A stretch of DNA of 32,000 bases from Bellilinea caldifistulae (GCF_001306055.1 NZ_LGHJ01000012.1:90001-122000); one strand, 5' to 3'. Counted from the first letter of the stretch, positions 1-6,669 are shown. Notes: generated from the sequence alone by a model not told the origin. Made by a program: numbers and translations.

Positions 1-671
1 GAACCGGCTTCGTTGCCGCCGCCCGCCAGCAAATTGCCGTTACTGTCCACCACCACCACATTTTCAGGCTGCAAACCTTCCACACTGCTAGCCACCAGAT
101 GGGTGATCGCCCGTACTTGAGCCGCATCCAGCGCCTGTCCCATGCGTTCCTTGATGGTAATCGAGGCGGTCGTGGGCGATTGCTCGCTGCTCAACAGGGT
201 GCGTTCGGGGCGTACCACATGTACCCGCACGGCTTCCACAGCTTCCAGGCTGCCAATCGTGCGTTCCAGTTCGCCTTCCAGAGCGCGCTGGTAATTGACT
301 TTTTGTGTGAATTCGGTCATGCCCAGCGTATTACCGCTGAATAATTCGTAACCGACCGTCCCGCTTTTGGGCAGTCCTTCGCGCGCCATGCGCAGACGCA
401 CCTCGTAAACTTGTTCGCTGGGGACGAGAATGGTGCCGCTGTCCCGCAGGCGATAGGGGATGCGGTTTTCGTCCAGTTTCTGCACAATTTGGGCAGCGTC
501 ATTTTCGCTTAAGCCGCTGTAAGCCACTGAATACGAAGGGGTATTCGCCCAGTTGATCAGCACCGGTACCAGAATCAGCGCCGCCAGCAGCAAAGAGATG
601 ATCACAATCCGCTGGGATTGACTTTGTTTCTTCCAGTAATTCAGAAATTGGTTTTGCAGGGGTACCATCAT
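1..671 (-). CDS. fliF: Flagellar M-ring protein FliF, N-terminal part (gene continues past the window start)
   Basis: Absent from the ORF track because it runs off the window edge. Minus-strand translation from ATG 671 reads MMVPLQNQFLNYWKKQSQSQRIVIISLLLAALILVPVLINWANTPSYSVAYSGLSENDAAQIVQKLDENRIPYRLRDSGTILVPSEQVYEVRLRMAREGLPKSG... This is an N-terminal TM helix followed by the FliF/YscJ-type ring region. It lies 17 nt after the fliE stop, as in flgBC-fliEF operons. Confidence 0.85.
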   Translation of the reverse strand, partial: MMVPLQNQFLNYWKKQSQSQRIVIISLLLAALILVPVLINWANTPSYSVAYSGLSENDAAQIVQKLDENRIPYRLRDSGTILVPSEQVYEVRLRMAREGLPKSGTVGYELFSGNTLGMTEFTQKVNYQRALEGELERTIGSLEAVEAVRVHVVRPERTLLSSEQSPTTASITIKERMGQALDAAQVRAITHLVASSVEGLQPENVVVVDSNGNLLAGGGNEAG

Positions 672-688
672 AAGCGTTTCTCACCCGT

Positions 689-991
689 TTAGACTTGCAT
701 GCGCATGATTTCGTGATAGGCTTCCACCAGTTTGTCGCGGATTGCCAGCGCCACACGGAAATTGACATCGTTTTCTTCCAGCCCAATCATCACCGTGTGC
801 AGGTCAACATTCTCGCCCAGCGCCAGTTTCTGCACCAGATCATCCGCCTTCAGCTGCGATTCGTTGAGCGAATTGAGCATTTCCTCGAACGTCTTGGTGA
901 CCGACTGCAGGCTGGCGGAAGCCGGTTTGGGAACACCCTGCGGCTCACTGGCACGATAGACCGATGAAATGGAAACCGGCGGTATGTTCAC
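689..991 (-). CDS. fliE: Flagellar hook-basal body complex protein FliE
   Basis: 100-aa ORF. The C-terminus ...NFRVALAIRDKLVEAYHEIMRMQV matches the conserved FliE C-terminal signature. GTG start with a GGGAGG SD, 2 nt after the flgC stop. Confidence 0.85.
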   Translation of the reverse strand: MNIPPVSISSVYRASEPQGVPKPASASLQSVTKTFEEMLNSLNESQLKADDLVQKLALGENVDLHTVMIGLEENDVNFRVALAIRDKLVEAYHEIMRMQV

Positions 992-993
992 GG

Positions 994-1440
994 CTACCTC
1001 CCAATATCCAGCGCCCTCAGCGCCATGCGCTTGGCAGCTTCGATCAGCGTTAGGTTGGCTTCGTAGGAACGGGTTGCCGAGATCATGTTGGTCATTTCCA
1101 CCAGCGGGTTGACATTGGGATAGGTAACATAGCCTTCCTCATCCGCGTCCGGGTGGGTGGGATCATAGACCCGCGGGCCGGGTTCGGGATCGGTGATGAT
1201 TTGGGCAACCCGAACGCCACCTTGAACAGCAGCCGGCTCGCCGCGCCGCGCTGCCACAAACGGTGGCAGAAAGCCGCGTTTGTTCTCCGGCATGAAAACC
1301 ACATCCTTACGCTGATACGGCCCGCCCTGGGCTGTACGTGTGGTTTGGGCGTTGGCAATGTTGTTGGCAATCGTATCCAGCCTTAAACGTTGAGCCAACA
1401 GGCCCGATGCACCAATTCGTAGAGACTCCCAGAAACTCAT
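994..1440 (-). CDS. flgC: Flagellar basal-body rod protein FlgC
   Basis: MSFWESLRIGASGLLAQRLRLDTIANNIANAQTT... and ...GYVTYPNVNPLVEMTNMISATRSYEANLTLIEAAKRM are the conserved N- and C-terminal rod-protein segments of FlgC. An AAGGAG SD lies 8 nt before ATG 1440. The ORF-track start at 1476 is an upstream in-frame ATG without an SD. Confidence 0.85.
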   Translation of the reverse strand: MSFWESLRIGASGLLAQRLRLDTIANNIANAQTTRTAQGGPYQRKDVVFMPENKRGFLPPFVAARRGEPAAVQGGVRVAQIITDPEPGPRVYDPTHPDADEEGYVTYPNVNPLVEMTNMISATRSYEANLTLIEAAKRMALRALDIGR

Positions 1441-1538
1441 AGCACCACTCCTTGACTCCTGACAGCAGGATAGCACAAGCCGAAACGAATTTCCGTAAAG
1501 TTGAGATGAAGGCTGAATAAAAAAGGCGTTAAAAACGT

Positions 1539-1571
1539 AAAATACACCACCGGTGAAGGGGGGTGTATTTT
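1539..1571 (-). terminator. Intrinsic terminator after fliS
   Basis: The minus strand reads AAAATACACC-(13 nt loop)-GGTGTATTTT followed by ACGTTTTTAACGCCTTTTTTATT. This is a 10-bp stem with a U-rich tail, about 70 nt downstream of the fliS stop. Confidence 0.7.
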
Positions 1572-1640
1572 ACTGTGGGAGAAACGCTATGCAATTGTTT
1601 GGAGTGGCACTACCGATAAGCCGATCGCAGGGTGTGGGAG

Positions 1641-2015
1641 TCAGGCTGCCTGCGTAATCGTCGAGGTATAGGCGGTTGCCGGAACGCTGGGCTGGGGCGG
1701 CGGCGCAAAACGTTTTTCGGTCATCTTCCACGCGTCTCGCAATTCTTTCAGCACGTGAATCGCTTCGTCATAATCACCCTTGCGGATGCAGTCCAGACAC
1801 CACTGGTACAGGCGGAACAGACCAACCGCCACTTCGGGATAATCAAAGTTGAGGGCATCGCGCAGGACGCTGATGGCTTTAGTCGCTTTCTCAAAGTCCT
1901 TGACTTCGCAGGACTGAATCGCCAGGTCGTACGCCATGATCACCAGACGGAGCGGGCTGGCGCCCATCACATCTTGCTGCCGGTATTCTTGAGTGCGGTA
2001 TGCAGTCTGGTACAT
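1641..2015 (-). CDS. fliS: Flagellin-specific chaperone FliS
   Basis: MYQTAYRTQEYRQQDVMGASPLRLVIMAYDLAIQSC...FDYPEVAVGLFRLYQWCLDCIRKGDYDEAIHVLKELRDAW is a typical FliS four-helix pattern. I prefer the internal ATG at 2015 (GAGGAG SD upstream). The 168-aa ORF-track version (to 2147) would overlap flaG. Confidence 0.8.
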   Translation of the reverse strand: MYQTAYRTQEYRQQDVMGASPLRLVIMAYDLAIQSCEVKDFEKATKAISVLRDALNFDYPEVAVGLFRLYQWCLDCIRKGDYDEAIHVLKELRDAWKMTEKRFAPPPQPSVPATAYTSTITQAA

Positions 2016-2074
2016 GATTCGGGTCTCCTCTGAATTCGTTCTTGCCGGGGTGATTTTGGTATTGACTACCCTTA

Positions 2075-2101
2075 GTTTCGACTGACCGGCGGCAAACTTT
2101 A
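2075..2101 (-). promoter_or_regulatory. Possible weak sigma-28-type promoter in front of fliS
   Basis: The minus strand reads TAAAGTTT...(TAAA-N15)-GTCGAAAC. The -35 part matches the extended TAAAGTTT consensus exactly. The -10 matches GCCGATAA at only 5 of 8 positions. Confidence 0.25.
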
Positions 2102-2130
2102 GCCCTGCGCGGTAAATTCTGCGTAAAAAC

Positions 2131-2439
2131 TCACGCCAGCAGTTCAATCAAATCGCCGGCTTTGAGTTTACTCAATTCATCCGGCGGGATGGTGCGGATA
2201 ATCTGGCGCGAGGCGCGGTCCATAATGTACACCGTCACTTCGTGGGTTTCGCGGTTCACATTAAAGCGCAAAACCACGTCCGAGGTACGCGGTTGGGAAG
2301 AAGGGCTGGGGGATGACTCGCCTATTTCGCTGCGGCGTGGAGCAGCTGCCTTTTCGCTGTAAAAATCCACCACCTGCTGAATCCGTGCGGACGAATCGCC
2401 AGCCGGTGGGGAAACCGGGGTAACGTTCATTTCGTTCAT
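2131..2439 (-). CDS. flaG: FlaG family flagellar protein
   Basis: 102 aa. The C-terminal LRFNVNRETHEVTVYIMDRASRQIIRTIPPDELSKLKAGDLIELL matches the FlaG family pattern (...v.v.Vvd..tgevIRqiPpee.l.l...). It lies between fliD and fliS. Confidence 0.75.
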   Translation of the reverse strand: MNEMNVTPVSPPAGDSSARIQQVVDFYSEKAAAPRRSEIGESSPSPSSQPRTSDVVLRFNVNRETHEVTVYIMDRASRQIIRTIPPDELSKLKAGDLIELLA

Positions 2440-2509
2440 CTCGTCACCTCATTTCTTGCATCCTTGCATGTCCAAAAATTCGGTTCAACGGTTCCATCCG
2501 TCCCGCAGA

Positions 2510-4225
2510 TCAACCGCTGCGGAAGAAATTGCCGTAGATACTGTTCATTTGTTGAGAGGTGTACAGCATCAGCGTCATTTGAGTTTGCATTTCGGCAAAC
2601 TGTTGAATCAGGGTCTGTTCGCGCTGCGCCAACCGTTCGTTCATCTGGTCAATGGCTTTGCGGGTCAATTCAATCTGGCTTTCAACCGACTCCTGAGATT
2701 TCTTGACGTAACCATCCGCGCCGGTAAACTGGTTCAGGCGGCTGTCCAGGGCTCCAAGCGCCGCATCCAGCAGGGCTTTCACGGCGTTACGGTCGCTACG
2801 CAGGGCGTTTTCCAGCGCGCTGCGGTCGCTGATGCCGGCTTTCAGGTCGCCGTCCAGTTTCAGCCCAATGTCTTCCAGTCGGCTGAATGATTGACCGGTG
2901 GCGTAAGAAGCCTGAAACTGACGCAGCAGGTCGAAACGCAGATTGCGGAACATGCCATCTCCCACCAGCGCGCCGCGTGTGTAGGTGTTGTCGCTGTTCT
3001 TGACGGTGGCGGTTTTATCCGCCAGATACTTTTGCAGCGCGTTGAATTGATCCAGAAAAGACTGGACGGCTTTGACATCCGCGCTCAGGTCATCCTCAAT
3101 AACGAGGGTTGCAGCCTTGCCTTCCGCATCGGCGCTCAACGAGAGGCTGACTCCGTAGATTACATCGCTCAGGTTATCATTACGCCCGCGCTGGACGGTC
3201 AGACCGTTGACGGTGAAGACCGCATCACTTGGGGTTTGCAGCACGGTTTTGAACGCCCCGCCCTGCAGCACACCCAGCGACTCCAGTACCGTGCCGCTCT
3301 CATCGGCGGCTTGAAGCAAAATGTCCGCCCCGCTGCGTTGATGGGTCAGTACCAGATGATTGTTGACAATCGAAGCGCTAACGCGGTTGCCCTCAGCGTA
3401 CACCGCCTGATTGATCTTAAGCGCCAGATCGGCGAGGCTGTCGCCGGCGCTGACGGTGATGGCAACCCCCTGCGGGGTGTAGGTGACCGAAGCCGCTCCA
3501 CTGCTGCGCGAACGCGCCTGCAAAGCCGCCGGGTTGAACTCAATTTGCAGGCCACGGCCGGTATCCACCCAACCGGCTTCCGTGGGAGCGGACTGCCACT
3601 CGCTGGTGTAACTACCGTCCGCCCGGCGGATGGACTGCGCCTCGCCGCGACTGTTGACCAGCCGGAACTGCCAGACGCCGTCCTGCTGGCGGGTCTCAAC
3701 AAAGTAGGTATCGCTACCCAAAGCCGTTTTACCGTCCAGTGTCGCAGCGGTTTGGAAGCCGAGAATGCCTTCCGCCGTCGTTACCCCCGAAACCTGCGCA
3801 GATGCCAGCCCACCCAGGCGAAATGTGCCGCTCAACCCCAGCGCCTGGTTGACGTACTCCACCGCATCCGAGCGGACGCGGTGCGCTCTGGCCAGCGAGG
3901 TCACGCTGACTTCGTACTGACCAGCCGCCGCAGTGCTGCCGGCGCTGGCAGCCAGCACCGTGCTGCCTGCAACCGAGGGAGTCACCTTGACCGAACGCGC
4001 GCCGCCGAGCGTGTAAGACGGCTGGCTGCTGATCAGATTGCGCAGCGCGCTTTGCAGGTTGTTGAGCAGGTTGCCCAGATCGGTGTAAATGCCCTTTTGC
4101 ACCTGCAATTCATCGCGCCGGGCGGTTAAACGCTTCAACGGCTGGCGTTCGGCTTCCAGCGTCTGCTGAATGATGGTGCGAAAGGTCGGGTCTAAATTGG
4201 TTGCGGAAATTGTGTTACTGCTCAT
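2510..4225 (-). CDS. fliD: Flagellar filament cap protein FliD
   Basis: 571 aa counted from ATG 4225 (AGGGAG SD 6 nt upstream). The N-terminus has IQQTLEAERQPLKRLTARRDELQVQKGIYTDLGNLL. The C-terminus has GALDSRLNQFTGADGYVKKSQESVESQIELTRKAIDQMNERLAQREQTLIQQFAEMQTQM. These are the FliD N- and C-terminal domains. Confidence 0.85.
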   Translation of the reverse strand: MSSNTISATNLDPTFRTIIQQTLEAERQPLKRLTARRDELQVQKGIYTDLGNLLNNLQSALRNLISSQPSYTLGGARSVKVTPSVAGSTVLAASAGSTAAAGQYEVSVTSLARAHRVRSDAVEYVNQALGLSGTFRLGGLASAQVSGVTTAEGILGFQTAATLDGKTALGSDTYFVETRQQDGVWQFRLVNSRGEAQSIRRADGSYTSEWQSAPTEAGWVDTGRGLQIEFNPAALQARSRSSGAASVTYTPQGVAITVSAGDSLADLALKINQAVYAEGNRVSASIVNNHLVLTHQRSGADILLQAADESGTVLESLGVLQGGAFKTVLQTPSDAVFTVNGLTVQRGRNDNLSDVIYGVSLSLSADAEGKAATLVIEDDLSADVKAVQSFLDQFNALQKYLADKTATVKNSDNTYTRGALVGDGMFRNLRFDLLRQFQASYATGQSFSRLEDIGLKLDGDLKAGISDRSALENALRSDRNAVKALLDAALGALDSRLNQFTGADGYVKKSQESVESQIELTRKAIDQMNERLAQREQTLIQQFAEMQTQMTLMLYTSQQMNSIYGNFFRSG

Positions 4226-4250
4226 GGGCATCTCCCTCATTCAGGGGGTG

Positions 4251-4285
4251 AGCGGGGGGCGGCTCACTTACGGCTGCCCCCCGCT
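4251..4285 (-). terminator. GC-rich stem-loop between fliC and fliD (possible partial terminator or 3' stabiliser; no U-tract)
   Basis: AGCGGGGGGC (4251-4260) pairs with GCCCCCCGCT (4276-4285), giving a 10-bp G/C stem with a 15-nt loop. It starts 33 nt after the fliC stop. An alternative GTGAGC/GCTCAC helix overlaps it. Confidence 0.35.
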
Positions 4286-4317
4286 TGCTGCCATCGGCGG
4301 ACGGTCAGGTCCGGGGT

Positions 4318-5574
4318 TTAGCGGAACAGCGAGAGCAGGAACTGCGGAGCAGTGTTGGCCTGCGCCAGCATCGCGGTTGCCGTCTGTTGCAGGATCAGGT
4401 ACTTGCTGGCATTGACCTGTTCTTCGGCCATGTTGGCGTTCATGATGCGGTTGTAAGCGGCTTCAACGTTGATCTGGGCAGCCGCCACCTGGTCTTCCTT
4501 GAAATTCAAGCGGCCGATGAATGCACCGAGGGTTGACATTTGCTGTGCGACATAGTCCAGCTTGCCGTCCAGGTAGGTCATGTAGTCACGGAAATCCTGG
4601 GCGGACACCAAAGCGCCACCCGTATCGCCGTTCTTCTGCACATCATACGTGCCGGCTTTGGTGTAGTTCACTGTGGCAGTGTAAGTACCATTTGCCAGGC
4701 CGCCGTTCAAATTCACGACCAGACCATTACCAAAGTTGACGGCAACATCACCACCACTCAGATCAACCGTTAATCCATAACCAACGGCACCAGTCCCATT
4801 GGCATTTTGAGCAATCAGGTATTGGGTTGAGCCACTAGCGTCAAACAGGCGAACCACCGAGCTGGCTCCATTGGCTTGTACTTGCACCGTATAGGTACCG
4901 GATTGGAGTTCACTCAAGTTAGAGTTAATCGTTCCGCTGGTGCTGACACCATTGGTATTGTCAATGATGTCGCTGGCATCGGCAGAAACTGAGGCAGATG
5001 AGGTACCCGTCTTGAGTGCCAGTTTCAGACTGTCTCGCCCATTGTTAATGCCGGTTGCTGCAAGGTTGTCCAAACCGCTGACGGATGTGAAATCATTCTG
5101 CCCATAACCGGTCTGGAAGGTCAACGCTGTGGAGTAGTAGCTGGCGTCAATGAGTTTGTTGCCATTCCACTCTGTCTGAGCGGCAATGTCATCAATTTGA
5201 GCAGCGTAGGCAGCCAGTTGGGTCTTGATGATCTGGCGCTCGGCAGACCCCATCGTGTCGCTGGCAGCCTGAGCGGCTTTGTTGCGCATCTGTACCAGGA
5301 TGTCATTGATCCGGCTTACGCCTGCTTCTGCCACGGCCAGCAGGTTCTTGGCATCGCCGATGTTGCCAAGGGCAACTTTCAAACCTTCTGAACGGAACTG
5401 CAATTTGCTGGCGATGGACAAGCCGGCCGGGTCATCCGCTGCGGAGTTAATCCGTTTACCGGTTGCCAGACGGGTCTGGTAGATCGCCAGTTGCTTGTTG
5501 ATGCCCTGCAAAGAATTGAGGGCGTTCATTGCGCCGATATTACCGGCAATTCGAGTGATATCTATCTCAGCCAT
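4318..5574 (-). CDS. fliC: Flagellin
   Basis: 418 aa. The N-terminal IGAMNALNSLQGINKQLAIYQTRLATGKRINSAADDPAGLSIASKL and the C-terminal NRIMNANMAEEQVNASKYLILQQTATAMLAQANTAPQFLLSLFR are the canonical flagellin D0/D1 segments. AAGGAGG SD 7 nt before the ATG. Confidence 0.95.
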   Translation of the reverse strand: MAEIDITRIAGNIGAMNALNSLQGINKQLAIYQTRLATGKRINSAADDPAGLSIASKLQFRSEGLKVALGNIGDAKNLLAVAEAGVSRINDILVQMRNKAAQAASDTMGSAERQIIKTQLAAYAAQIDDIAAQTEWNGNKLIDASYYSTALTFQTGYGQNDFTSVSGLDNLAATGINNGRDSLKLALKTGTSSASVSADASDIIDNTNGVSTSGTINSNLSELQSGTYTVQVQANGASSVVRLFDASGSTQYLIAQNANGTGAVGYGLTVDLSGGDVAVNFGNGLVVNLNGGLANGTYTATVNYTKAGTYDVQKNGDTGGALVSAQDFRDYMTYLDGKLDYVAQQMSTLGAFIGRLNFKEDQVAAAQINVEAAYNRIMNANMAEEQVNASKYLILQQTATAMLAQANTAPQFLLSLFR

Positions 5575-5600
5575 TTCAAACCTCCTTGTTTGTGTGTGGC

Positions 5601-5614
5601 GGGGATCCTTCCCC
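5601..5614 (-). promoter_or_regulatory. GGA-presenting hairpin in the fliC leader (candidate CsrA-type binding site)
   Basis: The minus strand reads GGGG-AAGGAT-CCCC. A second GGA lies in the SD (ACAAGGAGG) 23 nt downstream. This arrangement resembles the two-site CsrA target in the Bacillus hag leader. Confidence 0.35.
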
Positions 5615-5780
5615 TTGTGGATTAAGATTTGGAAAACGATTGTGATTTTTGGGTTACCGCCGGGTTCTTTCTACCGTTCCGGCGCTGGGCGTGGAACCCG
5701 GTACCAGCGCACTCCGCCGATTGGTTACCTATCCGTTGCTCCTCATCTGTTCGATATTTCAACACCTCCGTCTTTCAATT

Positions 5781-5789
5781 TGCTATAAT
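5781..5789 (+). promoter_or_regulatory. Extended -10 promoter (TGCTATAAT) for the MmpS-like gene
   Basis: TGnTATAAT on the plus strand, about 58 nt upstream of ATG 5847. There is no good -35, which is acceptable for extended -10 promoters. Confidence 0.4.
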
Positions 5790-5791
5790 AG

Positions 5792-5818
5792 TTATCGTCC
5801 GATGCGCTTTTTTCTTTA
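5792..5818 (-). promoter_or_regulatory. Sigma-28 (FliA/SigD)-type promoter of fliC
   Basis: The minus strand reads TAAA-GAAAAAAGCGCATCG(15 nt)-GACGATAA, against the consensus TAAA-N15-GCCGATAA (one mismatch). It lies about 210 nt upstream of the fliC ATG. Confidence 0.6.
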
Positions 5819-5846
5819 GCCGCTGGCGTTAAAAAGGCGTAAAAAA

Positions 5847-6245
5847 ATGCAATCATCCCCCCGTCCCATCTCCCGCCCGGTCCTGTTGCAAATTATGCTG
5901 GTGATCGCTCTGTGCGCAGCCTCGCTCTGGTTGTTGAATTTTTTAGGCGTCTTCCGCCCCCCGCCAACCGAAGCGGTGCTGGTCTTCCGGGTGGAAGCCA
6001 CCGGCGGTTATGCCAACATCACCCTGCAGGCCGGCAAAGAGGTGATTTCCAAAACCACCACCGTAACGACGCCGTGGGAAAAGCGGGTGGTAGTGGCGCG
6101 CGGTGAGGAAGTTTACCTGACTGCCTCCAACCCCAGCCAGACCGGTCAGCTGTCCTGCACCATCACCCTCGACGGGCGGGTTTGGAAGCGCGAACGCACC
6201 GAAGCCCCCAAAGATGGCGTCGCCTGTGCCGGCATCGTCCCGTAA
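5847..6245 (+). CDS. MmpS-like small membrane-anchored protein
   Basis: 132 aa. An N-terminal TM anchor (VLLQIMLVIALCAASLWLLNFL) is followed by a beta-rich domain with the MmpS pattern (...V.F.VEATGG.ANITL......TPWEK.V....GEEVYLTA.......LSCTITLDGRV......C). No MmpL/RND partner is nearby. Confidence 0.6.
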   Translation: MQSSPRPISRPVLLQIMLVIALCAASLWLLNFLGVFRPPPTEAVLVFRVEATGGYANITLQAGKEVISKTTTVTTPWEKRVVVARGEEVYLTASNPSQTGQLSCTITLDGRVWKRERTEAPKDGVACAGIVP

Positions 6246-6480
6246 GGAGATAGGATTTTCTGAGTGTGGGTTCAGGCTCAAACAATCCTGGGAGGGGACA
6301 GTCTCCCCTGTACTCGGCATGGCCTTAACAAGATCAGCTCACCGCGAACGAGCGCGGCGGCGTGGCAATCTCCCGCAAAGCCGGGTTCTCACACACTGGC
6401 AACTGGCGCTTCGTTCCGGGACGAATGATGATGATGGCATGGAATTTCTCCTGAACGGACGATAGAAAAACAATAGATTG

Positions 6481-6596
6481 TGCCCCCAAGGGAATTCGAA
6501 CAACGTCCCCTTCCGGGGATCACGGTTTGAACAATCTGTGCCCCCAAGGAAATTCGAACAACGTCCCCTTCCGGGGATCACGGTTTGAACAATCTG
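6481..6596 (-). repeat. Two tandem 58-bp units, each ending (minus strand) in a copy of the last 20 nt of the adjacent tRNA-Glu
   Basis: Unit 1 (6481-6538) and unit 2 (6539-6596) differ at a single position. On the minus strand each reads CAGATTGTTCAAACCGTGATCCCCGGAAGGGGACGTTG + TTCGAATT(C/T)CCTTGGGGGCA. The 20-mer equals the tRNA T-loop through to the discriminator. Confidence 0.9.
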
Positions 6597-6669
6597 TGCC
6601 CCCAAGGGAATTCGAATCCCTGTTTGAGCCTTGAGAGGGCTCCGTCCTAGGCCGCTAGACGATGGGGGC
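6597..6669 (-). tRNA. tRNA-Glu (anticodon CUC)
   Basis: Cloverleaf folded by hand: acceptor GCCCCCA/TGGGGGC, D-arm GTCT-AGCGGCCTA-GGAC, anticodon arm GAGCC-CTCTCAA-GGCTC (anticodon CTC), variable AAAC, T-arm AGGGA-TTCGAAT-TCCCT, discriminator A. 73 nt, with no encoded CCA. Confidence 0.9.

Noticed and set aside
1604-1620. TGGCAC (sigma-54 -24-like) and CCGATAA (sigma-28 -10-like) motifs on the plus strand
   Set aside because: The GG-to-GC spacing does not fit sigma-54, because the GC lies 2 nt too far away. No TAAA lies 15 nt upstream for sigma-28. The motifs point into the antisense strand of fliS, with no plus-strand gene to serve.
1441-1640. Hidden flgB gene upstream of flgC
   Set aside because: The gap is only 200 nt. 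It is occupied by the fliS terminator and has no suitable open frame on the minus strand.
1641-2147. N-terminally extended ORF-track versions of fliS (168 aa), fhs (661 aa, to 19739), the desaturase (to 20976), fliD (to 4240), flgC (to 1476) and the XRE regulator (to 17709)
   Set aside because: Internal starts have proper SD sequences and give family-typical N-termini. The extensions overlap upstream genes or promoters, or contain the SD itself.
2891-4129. 412-aa plus-strand ORF, and similar long antisense ORFs at 15897-17102, 27429-28379, 18624-19415, 8516-9142, 9863-10450 and 11841-12419
   Set aside because: These are shadow ORFs antisense to well-supported genes (fliD, the CE7 esterase, the methyltransferase, fhs, the acetyl-CoA synthetase and the kinase). 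They are Arg/Gly/Ala/Gln-rich and low in complexity, with no recognisable motifs and no SDs.
5575-5790. c-di-GMP or another known riboswitch in the fliC leader
   Set aside because: I could not find the conserved GEMM-I/II core sequences (for example the GCAAAGCC-type tetraloop-receptor elements) or any other riboswitch core I know. I kept it only as an unclassified structured leader.
6262-6440. 54-codon GTG ORF and small hairpins in the non-coding stretch between the MmpS-like gene and the repeats
   Set aside because: The AAGGAG directly after the MmpS-like stop codon is 14 nt from the GTG, which is too far. The peptide has no features and the hairpins are short (5-6 bp). There is not enough support to call a gene or an ncRNA.
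6481-6596. Could the 58-bp tandem repeats be a mini CRISPR array?
   Set aside because: There are only two units, and they are contiguous without unique spacers. Each unit contains a copy of the tRNA 3' end. No cas genes and no leader are present in the window.
6339-6605. 88-aa minus-strand ORF spanning the repeat region
   Set aside because: It reads through the tandem repeats and part of the tRNA 3' region. It has no SD and its composition looks like an artefact of the repeats.
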